A stretch of DNA of 63,694 bases, the filler included, from Hyphochytrium catenoides (taxonomy: Eukaryota; Protista; Hyphochytriomycota), in the NCBI GenBank assembly GCA_900088475.1. It is 7 parts of 7 records of this genome, joined end to end, with 100 filler letters (N's around TTAATTAATTAA, not from the genome) between each part and the next. Parts side by side here need not be neighbours in the genome. Positions count along the whole stretch, not along the records: positions 1 to 19,095 come from FLMG01004547.1; positions 19,196 to 42,267 come from FLMG01003857.1; 5 more parts are not named here. One strand, 5' to 3'. Made by a program: the position numbers and the translations under genes. Below, in pieces: positions 13,604-26,125 of the stretch (positions are counted from its first letter, which is position 1; every line of letters begins with the position of its first letter). The notes beneath the pieces were generated by a model. That model saw only the letters and a list, made by a program, of their open reading frames with translations. It was not told where the DNA came from and searched no databases.

Positions 13604-15304
13604 CTAGCTAGAAAAGCGGTGTTGCCGGTAATAGTCTTCTCCTGATGCTGTCCATTCTCCTGGCGCCACGGGCGAGTGAGAGGTAGCGTCAGGGCCCTGT
13701 CTCTCCCGCGTAAGCAGGTGTCTATTACTGCTGTGTTGCAGACAGAAACCTTGAACCTTCGCTAGCCGATGGCAGCCCTCTCTCCTACAAGATACGCGGC
13801 TGGCATGACTCTCGCCGCTGTCTCTTGCGGAAGAAAGAGCTTGTGGATCCGACAGACTGTGCTCATCATGTTCTGGATCTCGGTAAGCAGCAGGCCGGAC
13901 TGGCATCGCCGTCCTTCCATGATGAGCCCAGGGATGGTCAGCCGGGGAGTTAGGCGACAATGAGCGGCGAGAGTACGCATAAACTCTAGGCCCTTCTCCT
14001 GCTAGCGCCATATTTTCCCTCTTGTACCTCTCTTTTCCTTTCTCTTCCGCAAGATAATAGGGACTAACGAGGCTGCTTCCCGTGATTCCTCTTCCCTCAC
14101 CCTTTCTTGGCCATTCTTGAGCATACATAGGGCCTCCACCTTGACGCGAAGGGTACGAGGAGGAGAAAGCGAAGGCGTGGGATACTGCTGAGTGACGTGG
14201 CTCCCGTTGGTCTCTACCCATAACTGCACCACGTGCTTCTGTCATATCAGGCAATGAGTACCGAGAGGAAGATGTGGAGATGAGAGGGGACCCTTCTCCC
14301 TGCCACCACGCCGAGACGGAGCCGTGCCTTGGACTACGATAGCCAGATGCTGAGGAAGGACCTAAATTTGAGGCAAGATGCTGTTGTTGCTGCTTTTGTT
14401 CCCAGTATGTAGACCGAGATGGAGCTGCCAATGCCCAAGAAGAACTTTTAGGTTCTTCTTTTAATTCACCAGTTATTGGGAAGGAGCCATAGCGGTCTCT
14501 CTTTTCTTCTTTTTGGCTCCCGCGTCCATAGACAAACCGACCCTCGTCTCCTCCTACGTCGCCTCCTCCTACATCGCCATAGTAACCAGAAGATGAGGGA
14601 GGAAGAGAAGGCGAAAAAGCCGGCTGTGCGCGAGAAGAAGAGGGAACAGAAGTAGCGCCAGTGAGAGAATGGGAAGATGATGATGGAGGCGGAGGATCAC
14701 GGTTCGCGCCGTGCGCCTTACAGAGCCGCCTCCTTACCGCGTATTTCTGACATCCCTCGACACTGCATCGGATGATCCGTGTGATGCCCCCGTGAGCCGC
14801 ACACTTTCCTCCTTTCCTGGGATACTTCATGCATCCCAACACTTCGCATCTCTTCCGGACAAAGCCTGAGGTAACGGGAGGCTGAGCAGCCGCAGGGGGA
14901 GGCGCAGGAGACGACGAAGAAACAGACAGCGAAGCAGACTCTGCTGTGCCACTCCGATCTCTACTCTTCACGTTCCTATCTCTGTTCTCTTCAGCATCTG
15001 TGTCTGTGTCACCGGAGGACGAGGATTTGCCTAGCAACGTGCTGCTACTGTTTCTTTCCCTCTCTTCTTCCTCATCCTTGCTGGAGGTTTCATCAGCGCT
15101 GCTTTCTTCCTCTCTCTTTTGTCCTCCTCGAGACGGCTTCTTTTGCTCTTCCATACTTTCCGACCCGCTTGGTTGGGGTTGAGTCACAGAGGTACTGGTG
15201 GACACAGTGTGTCTTAAGTCGTTCCCTCTTTGCTGTGCCTCGGGATCTCTTCTCTCTTGATCTTTTTCTTGCTGCTCTTCAGTCGAGAGAGGCACCATTG
15301 TCAT
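13604..15304 (-). CDS. Second WRKY19-like Cx4Cx9Cx2H zinc-finger protein (3 fingers), single coding exon
   Basis: Lies within ORF 13604-15451. Fingers: CEVLGCMKYPRKGGKCAAH, CSVEGCQKYAVRRRLCKAH and CRREGCHRLAKVQGFCLQH. There is a probable 5'UTR intron at about 15413-15658 (AG|gtaag donor; ctgac branch followed by aaacag acceptor). The first in-frame ATG after it is at 15304. Confidence 0.8.
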   Translation of the reverse strand: MTMVPLSTEEQQEKDQERRDPEAQQRGNDLRHTVSTSTSVTQPQPSGSESMEEQKKPSRGGQKREEESSADETSSKDEEEERERNSSSTLLGKSSSSGDTDTDAEENRDRNVKSRDRSGTAESASLSVSSSSPAPPPAAAQPPVTSGFVRKRCEVLGCMKYPRKGGKCAAHGGITRIIRCSVEGCQKYAVRRRLCKAHGANRDPPPPSSSSHSLTGATSVPSSSRAQPAFSPSLPPSSSGYYGDVGGGDVGGDEGRFVYGRGSQKEEKRDRYGSFPITGELKEEPKSSSWALAAPSRSTYWEQKQQQQHLASNLGPSSASGYRSPRHGSVSAWWQGEGSPLISTSSSRYSLPDMTEARGAVMGRDQREPRHSAVSHAFAFSSSYPSRQGGGPMYAQEWPRKGEGRGITGSSLVSPYYLAEEKGKERYKRENMALAGEGPRVYAYSRRSLSPNSPADHPWAHHGRTAMPVRPAAYRDPEHDEHSLSDPQALSSARDSGESHASRVSCRREGCHRLAKVQGFCLQHSSNRHLLTRERQGPDATSHSPVAPGEWTASGEDYYRQHRFSS

Positions 15305-17053
15305 GCGGTCCTTCACTGAGAAATAGCCTTGATATGGGTGAGAGTTGTGCTTCCTACGACAACTTCCACGGGCGGACCTACAGGAGGCTGAAGTCTGTAC
15401 GGTCGTATCACCTGTTTTAGTCAGAGAGGCAGCACATATTGAGCGCATCACACAGTGAGTTCCTTGCGGCCAGAAAAGGAAAAATAAGAATCATATTGCG
15501 AGTAAAGGAGACACGATAAGTCAAGCACGCGCTGCAGAGATCTACATGGAGTTTGGGGGTAGACATGAGGAACTCGAGACAAGAAAAAAACTTTTGGACC
15601 AAAGGCACTCGTAAGGACAAAAGATCAAGCTATAAGCCCACTGTTCCTCCTCCCTTACCTTCCTCAAAGCGGCCAACGACACCAACACCAACAGAAAGGC
15701 GGGCCCATTTTTAGCTTCAACCGAGAGAGAAAAGAAGAGTAAGATTTGGAGGCAAGGCGGTCCTGCCTCCACAGCTAATTGGACCAGACCGTGCGCAGCG
15801 CAGCGCTGGAATAGACAGCGATAGAAAGCAAGAGAGTCAGATATTATGCGCCCTGTCTGGATGGCTGCTCGCCGTTATTATCGATAGACAGAAAAATAAA
15901 AGAGCGAGGAACAGACATAGGAAAATTCAAACGTTCTGCCTACTGACTGGGCTCTCTGCCTACAAATGAAGAACGTGAAGGGAGAGAGCTTTGCCGATAG
16001 AAAAAATTGCTCTCTCTCTCTCTCTGCTGTCCGTCTTATTACTCTCCCCCGGTGACCTTTCTTCTCTTTTACGTCTGTTCTGCTACGCTCTTTGCTATCT
16101 TAATAAGCCAGGTCAAGTGAGAGAAGAGCGGTCAAAGGAACTAAGCAAAGAGGAAGAGGACGAAGGCTACGCCAAAGGTACATCTACACCGATGAGAGAC
16201 GAGTTCCAATCTCCTCCTACCAGTTCTGAGAGCACACAGAGATATGTGAGCTCGCGGGAAAGCGAAGGAAGCCTAAACTTCTTTGTTCCTCCTGAGGGCT
16301 AAGGCCTCCTGATGGTGGTGCTGGCGCTGCTGGTTAAATCAGCTTGCGGTCGCTAGTGGGTGAGCTCAACACAATGAGACTTAATCTAATCAAATATTGT
16401 TTCGCTGGGAAACGATTAGAGCAGGGAGAAGACAGAAGGGAAGAAAGCGTCACGTTCTTGGCTCAGCAGGATGCCACTCGCGCTTCCAAAGAAAGGAAAA
16501 AGCCAAGGAAGAGAGACAATAACAATCCGCAGCGCAGGAACGCGATTCGTCTCAAGACGAGTGAGGGGCAGAAGAAGGAGGAACTTTAGACAGAGATAGG
16601 GAGAAGAACAGCAAGAACGAAAGGGCCAAGCTTGAAACCCGCTGCTGACAATATAAAGACCAAGCTCAGCAACAGTCAGCAGATCGGTGCTCTCCCCTTT
16701 TCTCTCCGCTTCTCGCGTGCACGGAGACTCCCTCACGCTGCAAAACGCTGGTTCACGTGACTGCTGATGAAAGGAAGTCGCAGAGCCAATGGACGAAGGG
16801 AAGAAGGGGCACCAGGGAAGGAGGCGAACAGACAAAGCGAGCTGGCAATATCTATTTTATCTTACTGCGCGCCCTCTTTCTCTCTCTTACTGCATGATGA
16901 AAGCCTATGAGCAGCTTGGTGGGCAGCAAGCTTCAAACTATGAGCAATCACTATGGCTGAGAACGAGGTAGGAGGAGAGAAACAGGACAAGGTAGACAAG
17001 GTCATAAGGTCATGGGAGGAGTCGTAAGGATGAGAGGAGGGAGTGAGAGAGAA

Positions 17054-17085
<32 letters not shown>

Positions 17086-17949
17086 GCAAGAGAGAGACAG
17101 AGAGAGAGGGAAAGAGAGGAAGAGAGAGAGGAGAGAAAGAGAGAGATAAGAGAGAGAAATGAGGGAAGAACAGTAGATCGTCATGGGAAGAGGATAGCCG
17201 CCACAGTGCCTCAGTATTGGAGCGAAGTCTGGAGAAGAGCAAGAAGAGGACCCAACGAGGACAAAAGGGGTTCAATGCGAGAGCTTGAAAGATGAGGTAA
17301 AGGATCGATGGGGCAGAGCCACAATGACTCTGGGAACCACAGCGGCAGGATGAGACAGAGTGAGCAAGAGAGAGTCACCTGATCCTGTCACATTGTACCA
17401 CCGACCTCCTAAACACAACACTGCAATAGGCTTCTTTGAGAGGTGAGACAGAACGGATCAGCAGCTACTCCTTCATACAGAACTATGTAAGCGGGAGAAA
17501 AGGGCGGTGGATAGACAACCGGACTGGGAGGGGCAGGACCAAAGTTCTATGTGAGGAATAGCATTAGGTCGACCGTGGAACTTTTCGGCCCAGAGCAAGC
17601 GTGGGTGTTGATATGTTCGGAGTAGGATCAGGATCTTTGTGTACCCAGTATGTGGTTGGTTCATTGCAGTCTAAACTGAAGAAGAACAGCCGGATGCTGA
17701 CGAACCACTAGGAACGGGCCAAAGAGGCAAAACATTGGGCCATGGACAGTCGGGCAAAGAAGTCAGGAGAGGGACAGACATCACAAACACTAGGATCACG
17801 AACGGGCGAGTGAGAGGAAAGAGAAGGAAGCATCTCAAGCCCGAAGCCAGCCCAACTAACAGAAAAGAAGGCATTTGGGGAAAAGAAGTCTTGTCGAAAG
17901 AAACAATCACTAGAAGACGAGGGTAAGGATGAAAGAGGATGGCAATAGC

Positions 17950-19095
17950 GAGTTACACGTCCTGTGTAGCACAGCGACGGGTGGGCAGATGGGGGGTTTG
18001 AGGTGTCAAAGCAGGCTCCAAACACAAATCAACTGCCTTTTCTTTCCCAGTCAAAGGATAAACAAGTAGGATTCGAAGACAGAGTACTAGAACTATTATA
18101 ATGTCAACCATCCTGGTGAGAGAGCTGTCATTAGTCGCTGTCTGTAATGGACAAGTACAGTGGTACTTTCTGTCCATCACAATGAATGGGCTGGCTTGGC
18201 AAGATAATTCTACAATTCTTGTAGACGGGCTTTCAGGTACCATTTGAAGAACAGTGGATAAGGGAAGTGGCCACTGTTGTTCTATGGTTGCCTCGTACAA
18301 GTAGGTCTATTTTTGTTGCTAGGAAACATGGCCCACCACAACCTGTAATATCCGTGTGGATTGTCAGTGGTGGGCGGGTGCTGGCTTATGTACAGACCAA
18401 CAATAATAGTCGACTACCACTGTCTACCTCTCAATTTTTGATTCTTCTCCAACCTTCCACTGGCCCTCCTACTTTGGCGACATGGGAAAACAGCCCCAAG
18501 CTCCAGAGTAAGCATATCATTCTTGTGGTCCTGTTCTAATAGAAATATTTGTGTTCAATGGGCGGCTGAAGGTCGCCGTTGGTGTTGCGCTCTAGACAGC
18601 AAGTGGTCGGTAAAGGTACTGACTACAATCAGTGAGAGTGTGAGTGCTTGTGCCTTGGTGTGCATTGTGCTGGGCCCGTCAAACAACTCTCTTTTTCTGA
18701 TAAAGTCCAGAAAAAGTCCAAAGTTAGTCCTTCAAAACATTCAACAATCAGCCTTGGGGGATACCATGCAGCGAATTATAAGCCGAGGTTCCGCTTACAA
18801 GGCAACCTCCACACCTCTCTAGCGTTCCCCATCTTAACCCCATGTGGCACACGCCTGATGTCGCACTGCTGGACGCAATCAGACGAAAGGGCAATTTTCG
18901 CCGTTCAGGGCAAAGTTCCGAAAACCCTAAAAAAGGCCCTAACGAGGTAAGGTAGTGTGTGTGCTCACCCTGAAAGTGTGCCTGTAGAACCTGTAGTTCG
19001 TGTTATTATCACTGATCACTGTTTAACCTTGATGAGATGCCCTGTTCGCGTTGGTAGAACGACTTGGTACAAAGTATTACCACTATTCAAAGAAA
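17950..19095 (-). mobile_element. Highly decayed LTR-retrotransposon integrase-like remnant(s) at a scaffold end
   Basis: Broken minus-strand motifs: 'TGHLIKVKQ*.SDNNTNY' (compare Copia K-x-I-R-S-D-N-G-G-E-Y), 'AWGC/FSHVAK' (compare V-F-G-C-x-A-Y-V-H-V-P-K) and 'FIVMD...SLTRMVDII' (compare Gypsy I-S-M-D...R-L-T-K-M-x-H-F-I). There are many stops and frameshifts. Confidence 0.3.
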
Positions 19096-19195
19096 NNNNN
19101 NNNNNNNNNNNNNNNNNNNNNNNNNNNNNNNNNNNNNNNTTAATTAATTAANNNNNNNNNNNNNNNNNNNNNNNNNNNNNNNNNNNNNNNNNNNN
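19096..19195. other. Artificial scaffold-joining linker (44 N + TTAATTAATTAA + 44 N). The same core occurs at 42312, 51001, 52796, 55025 and 62276
   Basis: An identical 12-mer with stops in all six frames sits in the middle of an N gap six times. Confidence 0.97.
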
Positions 19196-20445
19196 TCTCT
19201 CTCTCTCTCTCTTCCTCTCTCTCTCTCTTTCTGTTTTATCTCACCTCTCTGTCTTCAGATCTGTCTCTCGTAGGTCTCTCTGTCTCTCTCTCTTTCTAGC
19301 TTTCAGCGAAAACAACTCCGTGTGTCTTAGGTCTACCGCTGACTGCCCTGCCACTTCCTCTTCATCCTCCATGAAGGCTGCCTAGCGCCTGGCCTGTCTG
19401 TTCACAAGCTCACCTTGTCTCACATCTCTCTTCCTCTCCTCTCCCGTCGAGCACCTCTCCTGCCTGTTGATGGGGCCGCACGGCTGTCAGACAGACACCG
19501 ATCAGAATCATCACCCCACACCACAAACACACAACACATGTCAAGCACACACTCTCTCTAGTCAAACTTGACTGACTGCTTTCTGTTAGAGACTCTGACA
19601 AACACAACCTAGACCTCCAAACGCACTTTCTTGAAGAGGTTCTGAGAGTGAAGATGTCCATCAAACCCAAGAACAGAATGGATGGGGAAGGTTGAAACCT
19701 CCAAAATAGATTATCAAGCTAAGATCACTGTATAGCTTTTATCTACTGATTATTTGCGCTGCCAGTTTTCTGGGCGTCTGAGCTTTGAAACGAACCGACA
19801 AAGAGTTTGTGAGCCGCCATCTCTGTGGGAAGCTCCGTCATCCATCATCCGATCTGTGAGTCTCTGTCTGTCTAAAGGATATCAGTGGCCTCTAGTTTGT
19901 CGTCTTCGCGGTGGTTGGTACCATCAGCACGATAGATCGGATCTACTTTTGAGCAGCGAGAGCTTTCCAGCCGGAAACTGTCTTCTGGAAACTTTCTGTT
20001 CGAGTCGTCGTTGTGTCAGTCAGAGCTTGTCGAGGTTCTTGGTATTGGTCGGATGCGTGACTCATGGGTTGAAAAAGGTACACCATTCTCTTGTATGATG
20101 CTGATGTCGGATATCGTTGGAGTACTTGATCTTTGGCCCCGCCAGCACAATGGATTCCTGGAACGGTAACACTAGTCCGTCACTCGAGGGCGTGCTTTAG
20201 GATCAGAACGCCGGTGGAGGCTGCATCTCTGCTGGCTTTGGTGTACTCATCAGTTCATAGTCCCTTCCGACATGGCCGTTTCGGGTTCGACTGAAGTGCA
20301 GGCAGTGACAAAATAGAATTGTCCAAAGCACTCCTTTTCTGATGTTCTTCAACGGGGGATGTGGCATACAGACTGAGCTTAAGGAAGAAAGGGTGATGGT
20401 GAGTCACACCGTGGGCCGAGAGCCGCAAGTAAATAGATTGTCTTT

Positions 20446-22246
20446 TTAATGTCTCTTGACGCTGTCTGAACCCTTAAAGGGCTTCATAACCGCTTGAAGA
20501 GTAGAGGTCATCATGCTTAGAGGTGAGGTCTTGGAGGAAGTAGCAGAAGACTTCTGCGTCGCGTAGAGAGGAAGAGAGTAGGCTCCTGAAGACTGAGGAG
20601 CCTCGTCCCAGCGATGAAGAGGAGTAGAGCTAGCACGAGTTCCTAAAGTACTTAGACCCCTGCGGTCAACCAGTGTCGACGAAAGATTGCCGCTGTGGGC
20701 TCTAGCTTCTCGATTGTCACCTAGCCCAGACGTTGTGATGCTCTTGAAGTTGGCGATGACGCGGTCAAAGAAGATGCTCAGCGCGTAGTCGTCGAGACCG
20801 GTCTTTGAGAGTGCTGACGGGTCCTAACATTACAATGCGGTTTAGACTCAAAGCGTTGATGAAGAAAGTAGAGGCAAAATCACAAAGCGAAGACGACAGT
20901 TGCAGAGCCTTAGACATACAAAATCTATAGCCTCTATCCGATAGTCGTCCAGGGGATTGAAACGCCGGTGTCTGGAGTTGACTAGGTCCTTCTTCAGTCC
21001 CACAATAAGCGCAGGAACCCTGCCCAAAGCGGAGCCACTGCTTGGTATTCTCGTCTCCGGTCCGACATCTGATATCTATGGAGGTCAGAAGGAGCAGAAA
21101 GGTAATGCTGTTATGCCAGAAGATGAGTTTCTTACAGTGAGAGGAGTAGATAGAAACTTACTCTTGAAGGGTCACTGTTAAGGTAACTTGACAATTCACT
21201 GAAGAGAGGATGTTAGCAAGCGAAGCCTGACAGCAGCCAAATGCTTCTCTACTCGCATTAGATACTAGCTACTACTGACAGCTCTCTCATCCTTCTTCCT
21301 CACGGGACCCTGGGCAAAACCAAAACAGCTTACCCAATCCATTTCCTTAAGTTCAGATAGGACCTTCTATTGCTTAGATCATATGCAAGAATAACCCCTG
21401 CGTGAGTTTATGACAAGGAGCGCAGTGTGTTAACTCCTGAGCGTTGGTCAATAACTCAAGCTTATTAGAGCTGCGTGGTCTGACTGTCTGAGTACGCGGG
21501 AGAGGGAAGATCAAGTCTTACCATGGGCCTCAGGGTAGAATACGGAGCGAGCGATTGCAGAGCTTTGATGGCCACCGATGTCCAGGAACTCCAAAAAGAA
21601 GGGCTCAGTCACATTGTGAGCGACGTGCTCGTGGACCTGACGGGGCCATGGCTAGATGGGTCTAGAGCAACACGATGTCGAACCAATAGTAACAACTAGA
21701 GAATCTTACTGAGGAAACATGAAGAAGGATCTCTGGGAGCTGGAAAGACACATAGACGGAGAGAATGGAGAGAAAGACAGGGAGAAGAAGAAGAAGACAG
21801 TCGATCTCAGATACAGCGAAGACACGGCAATTTGGAGGGCTGAAGAAGAAAGACTCAATCTGCTTGCGTGCATTACCTTAACATAGAGGTTGCATCCGGT
21901 GGTCTTCGGGACATTCTTAGCAAGGGATTCTTGGCAGATCGCTTGCAAAAAGGACGTTTTGCCGACTCCTTTCACAGGTCAAGGTAAGCGATAAAGGAGT
22001 TCGGAGCGGCATATTAGAGGAGAAAGACATCTAAATAAGATAAAGGAGGACGAGAAAACACGAGTGGCAACTTAAGACAGTATATCGAAGTAGAAGGATA
22101 TAACGTTCTTTCACAGTCGGGCAAGCAGAGAGAAGGTCTCCATACAATGAGCTGGTTCAAATTGGTTCAACTATGAGTTTGCCTCCTCTACCTGAGTCCC
22201 CCACGACGATGATGCGGACAGTGGGCAAATCTGTCGTCAGGTCCAT
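20446..22246 (-). CDS. RABL3: Rab-like protein 3 (small GTPase), 7 exons
   Basis: Spliced product: MDLTTDLPTVRIIVVGDSG|VGKTS...PKTTGCNLYVK|VHEH...FFLEFLDIGGHQSSAIARSVFYPEAHG|VILAYDLSNRRSYLNLRKWIG...VPALIVGLKKD...LSIFFDRVI, followed by an S/T-rich tail and TAA at 20446-20448. The DIGG G3 motif, the RSVFY and NLRKW motifs and the lack of a CAAX are RABL3 hallmarks. All introns are GT-AG. Confidence 0.9.
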
Positions 22247-23118
22247 GGTGAACGTGCAAAGCCCGACTTAGCCCGGCATAGAGTGAGGCTTGATGTGTGG
22301 CATGGCGGTGATCAGTCAGCGCAAAACGGAGCCACCTTCCCAGAGTCGTCGCGTCTTTGTTATGTTCTTCACAGGCGCTTCCCCCAAAAGCCAGTTGTCA
22401 GTGGAAGCTTGTTTAGCCCCTGACCTTGACGCTCCGAGAGCACCAGTAATCTTTCTCTGATCGGACTTCTGTCAAAGCGGAGAGGCTACTTCACAGCGGC
22501 CCGGGAGAGATCAAGCCCACAAAGGAGACAAATCTGCTCTTCACGCAACGTATTCCAGCCTTTCACTTGCTTCTGAAGAGCTTTCTGAAGGCAGGCAATC
22601 CCTTGGTCCAGATGTCTCGCTCTCTCAGCGACACTACGCAGAAGATCATGAGGCCAGCCCCATCGACCTCGAGGCGTCTGTCGGCCTGCGCGCCAGGACT
22701 GTAACTCTTCTTTGGTGCCTCTTAGTGTCGAAGATGGATGTGCGTCGTTGTCGTTACTTTTACTTTTCTATGTAATGTTAGGCTGTACGGGAGATGTCGC
22801 CCAAGCATCTCAAGCTTCTCACTGTCTGTCGTCTGTCTGAGAGGCGGCAGATGCAGATGCAGATCTGTTGTCTCATGAACTCATGAATGAATATCTCGCC
22901 TTCGCTCATCTTCAAACAGCGACTGCCTATCCAGCGTCTATATTCTCCTTCTCATCTCTGTCGGGGCCTTTGCCGGTACCCTGAGTCAGACGGTAGAGGA
23001 GGCGGCGGCGTAGTTAACTCTCTCTAGGTTCGCCCGGTCTGAAGCGACGACGCCAACGTTGCTGCTCTGGCGTGGAGTAAGGCAACACAGTTGTGACAGC
23101 TTTTTTAGATAGAGAAGT

Positions 23119-23715
23119 ATGGCTTCGGGATCAGAAGTCCGTGCTCTGTACAGAAGCATCCTTAGACTGCACCGACAGAAGTTGGCGCGGGACATGAGGC
23201 TGCTTGGGGACAAATACGTCAAGTAAGAGCCTTCATCTCTCTCCACGACTCGTGCCCTCAGGCTAGTTCTCTCTCATAGCCGATTCTCTCTTCTGCCCCT
23301 CTCTGTACCATTATCCTGTCTACTATGCCCTCACAGCCCTTCTCAAGCCCTCTTGAGCCTGTCCCAATGCTTCTCGCTTCCTCCTCTCTCACGCTCAATC
23401 TCTCGGACCTGTCTGTCTCTATCTCTCTCTGCCCTCCTTTTCACGTTCCTCCTTGTCCCATTCTTGACCGGTTGCCCTCTTTATGCTCTCTCTTGGTCCA
23501 GAGACGAATTCCGACTGCATAAGAATGCAAAGCCAGAGTTTGTGCGGTCCTTTCTGAAGGAATGGCAGGCCTATAGAGATCACCTTCAGGAGCAGAGCCC
23601 GGAGGGCGTAGGCAAGGAACTCAGCGGTGATGCGGTCAGAGCGATGTCAGACGAGCAGAGGGAGCAGCTGCTCAAGCTCAGAGAGGAGACAATACGATCG
23701 GAATCCGAGGGATGA
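23119..23715 (+). CDS. SDHAF3: Succinate dehydrogenase assembly factor 3 (ACN9/Sdh7, LYR family)
   Basis: MASGSEVRALYRSILRLHRQKLARDMRLLGDKYVK|DEFRLHK...FLKEWQAY...MSDEQREQLLKLREE. One GT-AG intron at 23223-23501. Confidence 0.92.
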
Positions 23716-23801
23716 GACACCACTCTGCTCCTTCGTGTCTCTCCTTCTTCACCGCCATTCCCCGTCCGTATCCCAATAAGAAGCGTCACCGGCTTTGATG
23801 A

Positions 23802-23836
<35 letters not shown>

Positions 23837-24120
23837 TCTCTCTCTTTCTTCTTTCTCTTGACGCTGCCTTCAACTACGGATCAGAAGGAAAGGAGAGTAA
23901 CCGTATCTTCTGCCTGACTTACGAAGAGGAAAGGTTTCCTAGCCTGGCTTTCTTCTGGATCATATGCCGCACCTGTTCAAAATCCCTCTAGGCACTCCAT
24001 CCATACTGCCTCACAAGTGTGGCTCTCGTCCCGCCGTCTCCACTCCGTTCAAGGGCTCATATCTCTCCCTCTCTGGAAATCTCAAAAATAAATTATGGGT
24101 TTATGACAAGGTTGTGCCGG

Positions 24121-26125
24121 TTAATTTGTCCCGCCGATGCCAAGGACTCTCTTTAAGTCCTTTTGCTCTCTTCTAGACTTACTCTTCTGCGGATCAAAGA
24201 AAGACGCTATCTTGCCCAGCGCAATGTCCTTCCGCATCTGTAGGTTGGTGGCTTCGATGCCGGCAATTTGCTTGCGTAGATCCCTTTCTTTCTTCTCTAT
24301 AAAGCCTAGTTCGTCATCTAGGCCCTTCTTGGCCTTATTTTGCATGCGTGCGACACGCCTCAGGGAAACCTGGGTTTGCGCCTCACTCTAAAAAGGATAG
24401 TAGAGACTAGTAAGGGAGACTGAACGACTGAAATAAACAAGGACGGGACGGAAGCCGTGAACTACCAAGAGGCAACACTGATGATCTAAGAAGCAAGCCA
24501 TCAGGTGACTTATAGAGCCAAGCAATCAAGGAACTGGTAGACGAGGCAACACCGTAGTTGGGGATGGCTCTTCGCCTGTGGCAAGCAGCCAGTGGTCACG
24601 ATAGATGCAGAAGAAGTATCACCTTTTCTAGACCCCGCTTTATATTTTGTAGAAGCTCAACTCTTTGTTTGAGAGAAAGAAGCGTGTTCTCCCGGATCTT
24701 CAGGAGTTATCCAGACAGCACCCATGGGTAAAAATTGGCAAAGGAAGAGCAAGTGCACGTCAGTGATAGATGGAGAGCCCTTCAGAAGGAGGAACAGGTA
24801 GAGACTGAGTATTCGAGAAAGAGATGCAGGTGAGCTTTGGAAAGAGCTTTATACCGAACCAAATGTAGCTCCACGACCGACGACCAAGGTTGAAGACGCT
24901 ATGGTGAGGGAAGAGATAGCACATGGCACTCATAAAGACTGTCGTACCATTGGCAAGGCCGCTAAGAGTTTGGATGGTGAGGAGGGATAGCCTACGTCCT
25001 TCAGTCCCGTCTTGGCCGGTGGAGAACGCCGGGCAGCATTGTTATGCGCGTCCATCTCTGCCTGCACTTGCTCTATCTGCTTCTTGAGCTTGACGATCTC
25101 CTCCTCTCCTTGTTGTCTGGACTTTGCGTAGTGCTCTTCTTGTTCTAACAGTTTTGCCACTTTGCCGTGAAAAAGCTGCAGCTCCTCTTCTGCTGCGCGG
25201 AGTTTCTGCTTCCATTCGTCCTAATACGGAGCGTAGACTCTCAGGTTAACAGCGACAAGCGAGGGATGGAATGGAAAGGAAGCTTATGACTGTGCTTCTG
25301 GGGTTCTCTGCCTAACTATGGCATCTGCTGACTTCATTCGCTACTGATGTTTTCACTCGTGACCATACTTTTGGTGCAAGGTGTTGGCCGTCTTTCTCTA
25401 CTGTTTATACTGTCCTTCCTCTCGCTGTTTCTCTCTTACCTCGACAAGCTCTTGTCGTTCTATGGTTCTTGTGAGGGTCCTCTGGCTAGCCACAAGCCTC
25501 TTATTCTCGCGTGTTAACTCCTGTACAAACTTCTGCTTCTGTGCGATCGTTTTCTCAAGCTACAGCGAGAAGAGACAAAATTGACGGAAGATGCCAAACA
25601 GCATGACGAGGGAGCGCTATATAGAGAGTGCTATATAGTTGGAGAGAAGTTTAAGAGCAGAAGGGCTGACAAGATAGGGTGACCAGGCCCTAGCCATTGC
25701 CCTGTGTCAGCTAAATATGCTGTTCTGCAGAAGATGACTTACCCTTGTCACTCTCTCCGAGACTGTAACTCTGAGCTTCTTCTTCGTCTGCTCATTCTCC
25801 TTCTGGAGCTTCTCCACCTTTTGCAAGCAGTCCTCTAGCTCCCTCAACTAGGATCCAAAACAGGTGTATTGCACATATATTGATAAGATAAACGAAAGAG
25901 AGGCGGAACACTGCACGATAAGAAGCCGTAGTCTACCAAAACGGAAAGGTGCATATTTACCTTGCCAGCGTCAGTCAACGAGCCACCCAATCCTTTTGCA
26001 GCCTGGAGGCTTCGGACAGCCTCGTCCTTCACTGCCAGAACAGCTCTGATCTGTTCCAGCTGCTCTTTCAACTGTTTATTTTCCTGCTTCAGCTCCTCAT
26101 CAGTCAGCTTGTCGGCAGTGGACAT
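24121..26125 (-). CDS. Coiled-coil protein with a lebercilin (LCA5)-like central segment, 6 exons
   Basis: Six phase-0 GT-AG-joined exons. The segment ELTRENKRLVASQRTLTRTIERQELVE|DEWKQKLRAAEEELQLFHGKVAK...EEEIVKLKKQIEQV follows the lebercilin-domain pattern by eye. The gene structure is well supported; the family call is tentative. Confidence 0.6.

Noticed and set aside
15428-15460. U6 snRNA-like GGCAGCACATAT
   Set aside because: Only a 12-nt match, with no ACAGAGA box or rest of U6.
17474-17552. Imperfect 11-bp inverted repeat (CATACAGAACT / AGTTCTATGTG) as a MITE
   Set aside because: Short, with two mismatches, no target-site duplication and no second copy in the window.
19196-20280. Additional minus-strand gene downstream of RABL3
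   Set aside because: Some splice-like signals are present, but only short interrupted frames, and the region is truncated by the scaffold end.
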